64,000 nucleotides of DNA, from positions 3,200,001 to 3,264,000 of the forward strand of contig OY730476.1 in the NCBI GenBank assembly GCA_963422735.1, in the 5' to 3' direction. This DNA comes from Candidatus Latescibacterota bacterium. Its GTDB lineage: Bacteria; Latescibacterota; UBA2968; UBA8231. The notes beneath the pieces are model-generated. The model saw only the letters and a program-made list of their open reading frames with translations. It had not been told where the DNA came from and did not search any database. A program made the position numbers and the translations under genes. Below are positions 60,132 through 64,000 of this stretch, piece by piece. Positions within the stretch are counted from its first letter, which is position 1. Every line of letters begins with the position of its first letter.

Positions 60132-61121
60132 ATGCGTCGGCTTGAGGTTCTCTTTTTGCCCCATCCGGTCGCTGCGATCGCCACGCCTTGGGCGGCTGAC
60201 GTCATTGAGGCCGTAAGTGCCTGCCACAATCTCCGCCTCTTCGACCGCACCCAGCCAGCCGCGCCTCAACTAGCGGACATTGAAGCCATCGTCGATTTAG
60301 GAGGCAATATCACCCCAGACCTGCTGGCCGCGGCGGCCGACGCTGGCGTCAAATTCCTCCAGGTCCAGACCACCGGCCTCGACCATGTCGATGTCGAGGG
60401 GATCCTCAATGCCGGGCTGCTGCTCGCCCATTGCCCCGGGCAGCTTAGCAGCGCGGCTCTGGCTCAAAGTGCGATGATGTTCATCCTCATGTACGCCCAC
60501 CGCTACGGAGAGGCGCGCCGGAACTTCGACGCTGGCAGGCTGTACGCGCCTACGGGTATCGCGCTGGAGGGCTTGACGCTCGGCCTGATCGGTTTTGGCG
60601 CGAGCGGCCAAGATTTGGCGCGCCGGGCCAAGCCCTTCGGCCTGCGTATATTGGCCATCGACATCCGCCCCATTGAGGAGGAAATCCTCGTCGAGATCCA
60701 ACCCGAGTTCCTCGGCGATCCGTCCGACTTAGACCGCGTGGTGGCCGAGAGCGACTACCTGTCGCTGCACCTGCACCTGACGCCGAAAACCCGGCATACC
60801 ATCGACGCACGACGCATAGGTCTAATGAAAAAATCTGCCTGTCTAATCAACTTGGCCCGCGGTGAGTTGGTCGATGAGGACGCCCTCTACCGGGCACTTT
60901 TGGACGGTCGCTTGGGCGGGGCTGGGCTCGATGTCTTCTCGCAGGAGCCACCCGACGCTACGGCCCCCGTTTTCCAATTGCCCAATGTGTTTGCCATGCC
61001 TCACACCGCCGGTTCGACCGACGGCACCTCGAGCAAGCGGGCGCGTTTGGCTGCCGACAATCTCGACCGTTACGCTCGGGGCGAGGTGCTCGTGGGGCAA
61101 ATCACGTCTAGGTTTATCTGA
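60132..61121 (+). CDS. D-2-hydroxyacid dehydrogenase family protein
   Basis: G.DHVD, GLIGFGASG, INLARG, GLDVF.QEP and PHTAG motifs. Confidence 0.92.
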   Translation: MRRLEVLFLPHPVAAIATPWAADVIEAVSACHNLRLFDRTQPAAPQLADIEAIVDLGGNITPDLLAAAADAGVKFLQVQTTGLDHVDVEGILNAGLLLAHCPGQLSSAALAQSAMMFILMYAHRYGEARRNFDAGRLYAPTGIALEGLTLGLIGFGASGQDLARRAKPFGLRILAIDIRPIEEEILVEIQPEFLGDPSDLDRVVAESDYLSLHLHLTPKTRHTIDARRIGLMKKSACLINLARGELVDEDALYRALLDGRLGGAGLDVFSQEPPDATAPVFQLPNVFAMPHTAGSTDGTSSKRARLAADNLDRYARGEVLVGQITSRFI

Positions 61122-61141
61122 ACGTCAGGAGATAATTCTCG

Positions 61142-61915
61142 GTGAACGCGCTTATCACGGGTGCCAGTTCTGGCATTGGCGAGACCATCGCTCGGCGGCT
61201 GGCGGCGGCCGGGCACCAAGCTGCGCTGATGGCGCGACGAGGGGAGCGGGTGCAGGCTCTCGCCACTGAGTTGGGCCGCGCGATAGCGGTCCCGGGCGAT
61301 GTGGGGATCGCTGAGGATTGCGAAACCTCGGTGGGGGCGGCGGTGGAAGCATTTGGTAGTCTCGACGCGCTGGTCAATGCGGCCGGCAATTGGGTGGAGG
61401 AGCCGCTTGCCGAGGTCGGCTACGAAGACTTACGCGCCTTTGTCGAGACGGATGTAAGCGGCGCGTTGCAGATCACGCGCGCCGCCCTGCCGATGCTGAT
61501 GCAAAGCGGCGGACGGATACTACATATCAACGGCTTGCAGGGGCTGATCCGCGCTCGGCCACCGGTGCTCTATGCGGCGGTCGAGTCCGCGGTGCGCGGG
61601 CTGTGTGAGAGTCTGCGCTGGGAGGCGGCAGCGCAGGGAGTCCACGTTAGCCTAATCACCCTAGGCGCAGTGGCTAGCCCCGCTCCGGTGCCGGTGTACG
61701 GGGGCGGCCAGCGCTGTCGCCTGAGCCGCGACGAGGTCGCCGACGCCGTGTGCTTTGTGCTGGCGCAGCCGCACGGGGTCAATGTCGATGAACTGGTGCT
61801 GACGCCGCTGGGACAGAAGTGGTGGTTTTGTGTATGTCCTGTAAAATTGCATTGTTTTTCACTTCCTCAATACAGCACCTGCTCAAAAGCCACAGCCCTA
61901 ACTACATGCCCCTAG
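61142..61915 (+). CDS. SDR family oxidoreductase; the native stop was probably replaced near 61825
   Basis: ITGASSGIG, VNAAG, and YAAVE in place of YxxxK. After ELVLTPLGQKWW the sequence turns abruptly AT-rich. Confidence 0.75.
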   Translation: MNALITGASSGIGETIARRLAAAGHQAALMARRGERVQALATELGRAIAVPGDVGIAEDCETSVGAAVEAFGSLDALVNAAGNWVEEPLAEVGYEDLRAFVETDVSGALQITRAALPMLMQSGGRILHINGLQGLIRARPPVLYAAVESAVRGLCESLRWEAAAQGVHVSLITLGAVASPAPVPVYGGGQRCRLSRDEVADAVCFVLAQPHGVNVDELVLTPLGQKWWFCVCPVKLHCFSLPQYSTCSKATALTTCP

Positions 61916-61962
61916 TTAGTGTGAGCAAACGACCACTATCTCTAACGATTTGGAGCTGCACG

Positions 61963-62282
61963 GTGCATCTATTCAATAGCTTAAAACGCACGGTGCGTCG
62001 AGGGTTCTTATCTATGTCTCGGTATCAAGAAGATTTGCTCCCGCGTGTGCTATGTGCTGTCCTTCAAACGCGTTCGGTGCCTTTTCGCCGGTGGGTACCG
62101 GTGGTAGGTAGCTCAACTCAAATCGACCGCACGTATCGTCGGATCCAGCGCTTTTTCAACGGCACATGGTCGCCCCAAGTAGCAACGCAACTAACCGTGC
62201 AGCAATTAGTTAAGACTCACAAGACGATTTAGCTAACGCTGAATAGAACCCGCTAGCAATACGGCAAGACCCCCGTACTCTG
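61963..62282 (+). pseudogene. IS4-family transposase remnant
   Basis: TYRRIQRFF, then LTLNRT.*QYGKTP with in-frame stops. Resembles the IS4 N-terminus and the first catalytic-Asp region. Lower GC. Confidence 0.65.
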
Positions 62283-62697
62283 TTGTGCTTGGCCCGATCT
62301 ATAAGGGCCTATCCATACCCCTTGAATCCCTCGCTTTGGGTCGGGCTGGAGCGGCTTCGATGTCGGATCCAATCGCCCTATTGCAGCTTGGCAGACGAGG
62401 GCCGCTGGCTTTGCTTCCTGCGCACTCATCCGCCTACGCGCTACGCACTCGTTCCACACCGCCTGCTCACGCCGAATCCTAAAGGCCGGGCTAAAAATAC
62501 GACGCGTGTCTAATAAAAACGCGACCTTATACCAACATGCGAATGCGGTGCCCATTCATACTTATCAGTCACCGTCCGGCCAAGGGGACGGCCCTGTTTT
62601 TGGTCACCAACCGCTCCGATGGGGACGCCGTCGTCAAACGGTATGCTCGACGCTGGGCAAACGCGGCGGTCGGCGTTGGCCGTACTGCGAGACGGAA

Positions 62698-63999
62698 TCA
62701 GTAGCGCTTGCTGATAAACTCGCGGCTCATCCACTGCCCGAGCACTTTCTGCGAACGGAGCAGCAGCTTCTGGTAGGAGCGCTCTAGGTTCTTTTTGTTT
62801 TTGGCGTTGGGTAGGACGTTGTAGCGGCCGCGGATTTGGGTGATGGCGCGGGTGCGCGGATCGACGGCAATGGTGAGGATGCGGTGGCGGTGGCCTTTGC
62901 CGTCTTCTACGCCGAGGGACCAGATCGAGGTACTGCCGTTGCGGCAGCTCTTGGCGTAGGTATAGACGCAGTGGCCCATTTCGCGGCCCTCGGCCCCCAG
63001 TTCGTGGTTGGATAGCAGCTCTTTTATACTCCAAGTGAGGGTCTCGCCGAGCTGCTTGTCCTCCTGTTTCTGCTCGAATTCGCCAATACTCGAAGCTCCC
63101 CAAGACATATGCCGGATGCGGCTCTTTTTGCCACCGGCTCTGTCTGGTTCGGCCTCTGTATCGGGTAGTAGCACCTGCTGAGCCAGCACTTCGTGCCATT
63201 CGTCAACTTGGCGCAACAGTTTGGGGATGCTGCGGCTCTTCATCGAGAAGTTCGGCTGAGCAGGTGGCCTTTGCTCGACGCGACCGCCGGGCACAACGAT
63301 TTGCTGCGGCACGTATTTCTGATTGTGGATAAAATCGACGATGGGGCCGACGTGAGCTGGGTCGAGCATGGGGTTGTTGGCAAAAAACAGGATCGCGGTG
63401 GACCAAAAGTCCTCGTTTTCAAACGACTGGCCCAGCCGAGTGCCAATCGCCGCCCGCGCTAGCGCCGGGCTACCTCCTTGCCCCAAGACTTGGCCCCAGC
63501 GCAGGGCGTGGGCGATGGAGAGGTCGTTGGGGGCCGCGAGGAAGCAGTGGGCCGACTTCTTGCTCAAGGCGAAGGGGAGGTCGGCAGTGCGGATATTCTG
63601 TCCCGAGCCGATGTGTTTGAACCACGCCTGATGCAAGCCGGCCTCTGGCTGCGCTGCGGTGAAAAAGGCCGCATCCATAAAAGCGGGTACTTCATAGCGA
63701 GCTAACAGATGGCAGGCGAGGTGGTGAAACTGCTTGCGAGGGTTGTGGCTTGGCGACACCCACTCGGCCACGGGGCGCACCCAGTCTTCTGAGTGGCAAG
63801 CCAAGGCGGCCAAGCCGTCGAGGAAGTTGTTTTGCGGGTGGGCACCGAAAGCGGGGATGACGGGGTCGAGGCGAAACAGATCGGCGCGGCGCGCTGCTTG
63901 GAGCAGGATTTCGAGAAAGGCGCGTCGCGCCGGGCCATAGGAAAAGGCGTTAAAAAGGCCACGAATCTTGTAGAGGTAGTCGGCACCGAGCCGCCCCTT
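62698..63999 (-). CDS. PcfJ-domain protein, 5' end outside the window
   Basis: Frame is open to the window end. WH motif, ELGAEGREMGHCVYTY, SIWSL and TQIRGRYN. Confidence 0.85.
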   Translation of the reverse strand, partial: KGRLGADYLYKIRGLFNAFSYGPARRAFLEILLQAARRADLFRLDPVIPAFGAHPQNNFLDGLAALACHSEDWVRPVAEWVSPSHNPRKQFHHLACHLLARYEVPAFMDAAFFTAAQPEAGLHQAWFKHIGSGQNIRTADLPFALSKKSAHCFLAAPNDLSIAHALRWGQVLGQGGSPALARAAIGTRLGQSFENEDFWSTAILFFANNPMLDPAHVGPIVDFIHNQKYVPQQIVVPGGRVEQRPPAQPNFSMKSRSIPKLLRQVDEWHEVLAQQVLLPDTEAEPDRAGGKKSRIRHMSWGASSIGEFEQKQEDKQLGETLTWSIKELLSNHELGAEGREMGHCVYTYAKSCRNGSTSIWSLGVEDGKGHRHRILTIAVDPRTRAITQIRGRYNVLPNAKNKKNLERSYQKLLLRSQKVLGQWMSREFISKRY

Positions 64000-64000
64000 G

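Noticed and set aside
62253-62555. Possible TnpB N-terminal fragment (RREQAVWNECV)
   Set aside because: Resemblance is limited to a few residues, with no RuvC or zinc-finger motifs. Cannot be supported.

Overview
64 kb of a GC-rich bacterial chromosome. The FlgD-type C-terminal domains and a C-terminal WGxIK tail suggest Candidatus Latescibacterota or a related FCB/Poribacteria-like lineage; this assignment is inference only. Most of the window is catabolic and housekeeping genes: glgP, three peptidases, glcD-glcF, serC, ssb, a 1-Cys peroxiredoxin, enolase-superfamily enzymes, SDRs, aldolases and a dCMP deaminase. Three stretches of stitched gene remnants interrupt them. The standout is a co-oriented locus of about 17 kb (40561-57205). 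It encodes a TPR lipoprotein, a CBM9-like protein with a WGRIK tail, three paralogous secreted proteins sharing a (T/S)PNGD..ND / FlgD-Ig C-terminal domain that ends in Tyr, two paralogous ~930-aa putative outer-membrane proteins with Asp/Asn-rich loops, and a SurA/PpiC-like lipoprotein. A fourth FlgD paralog lies at 29378. This is a candidate undescribed surface-assembly or glycan-capture system. Other signals are a low-GC 4TM/coiled-coil + vWA-like gene pair, an operon of unannotated small ORFs in front of ssb, a c-di-GMP-I-like RNA variant, an IS5-type MITE, dispersed heptamer repeats and a strong CCWGG-decay mutational signature. No rRNA, tRNA or CRISPR array was recognised. All family assignments come from motif recognition by eye, not from database searches.
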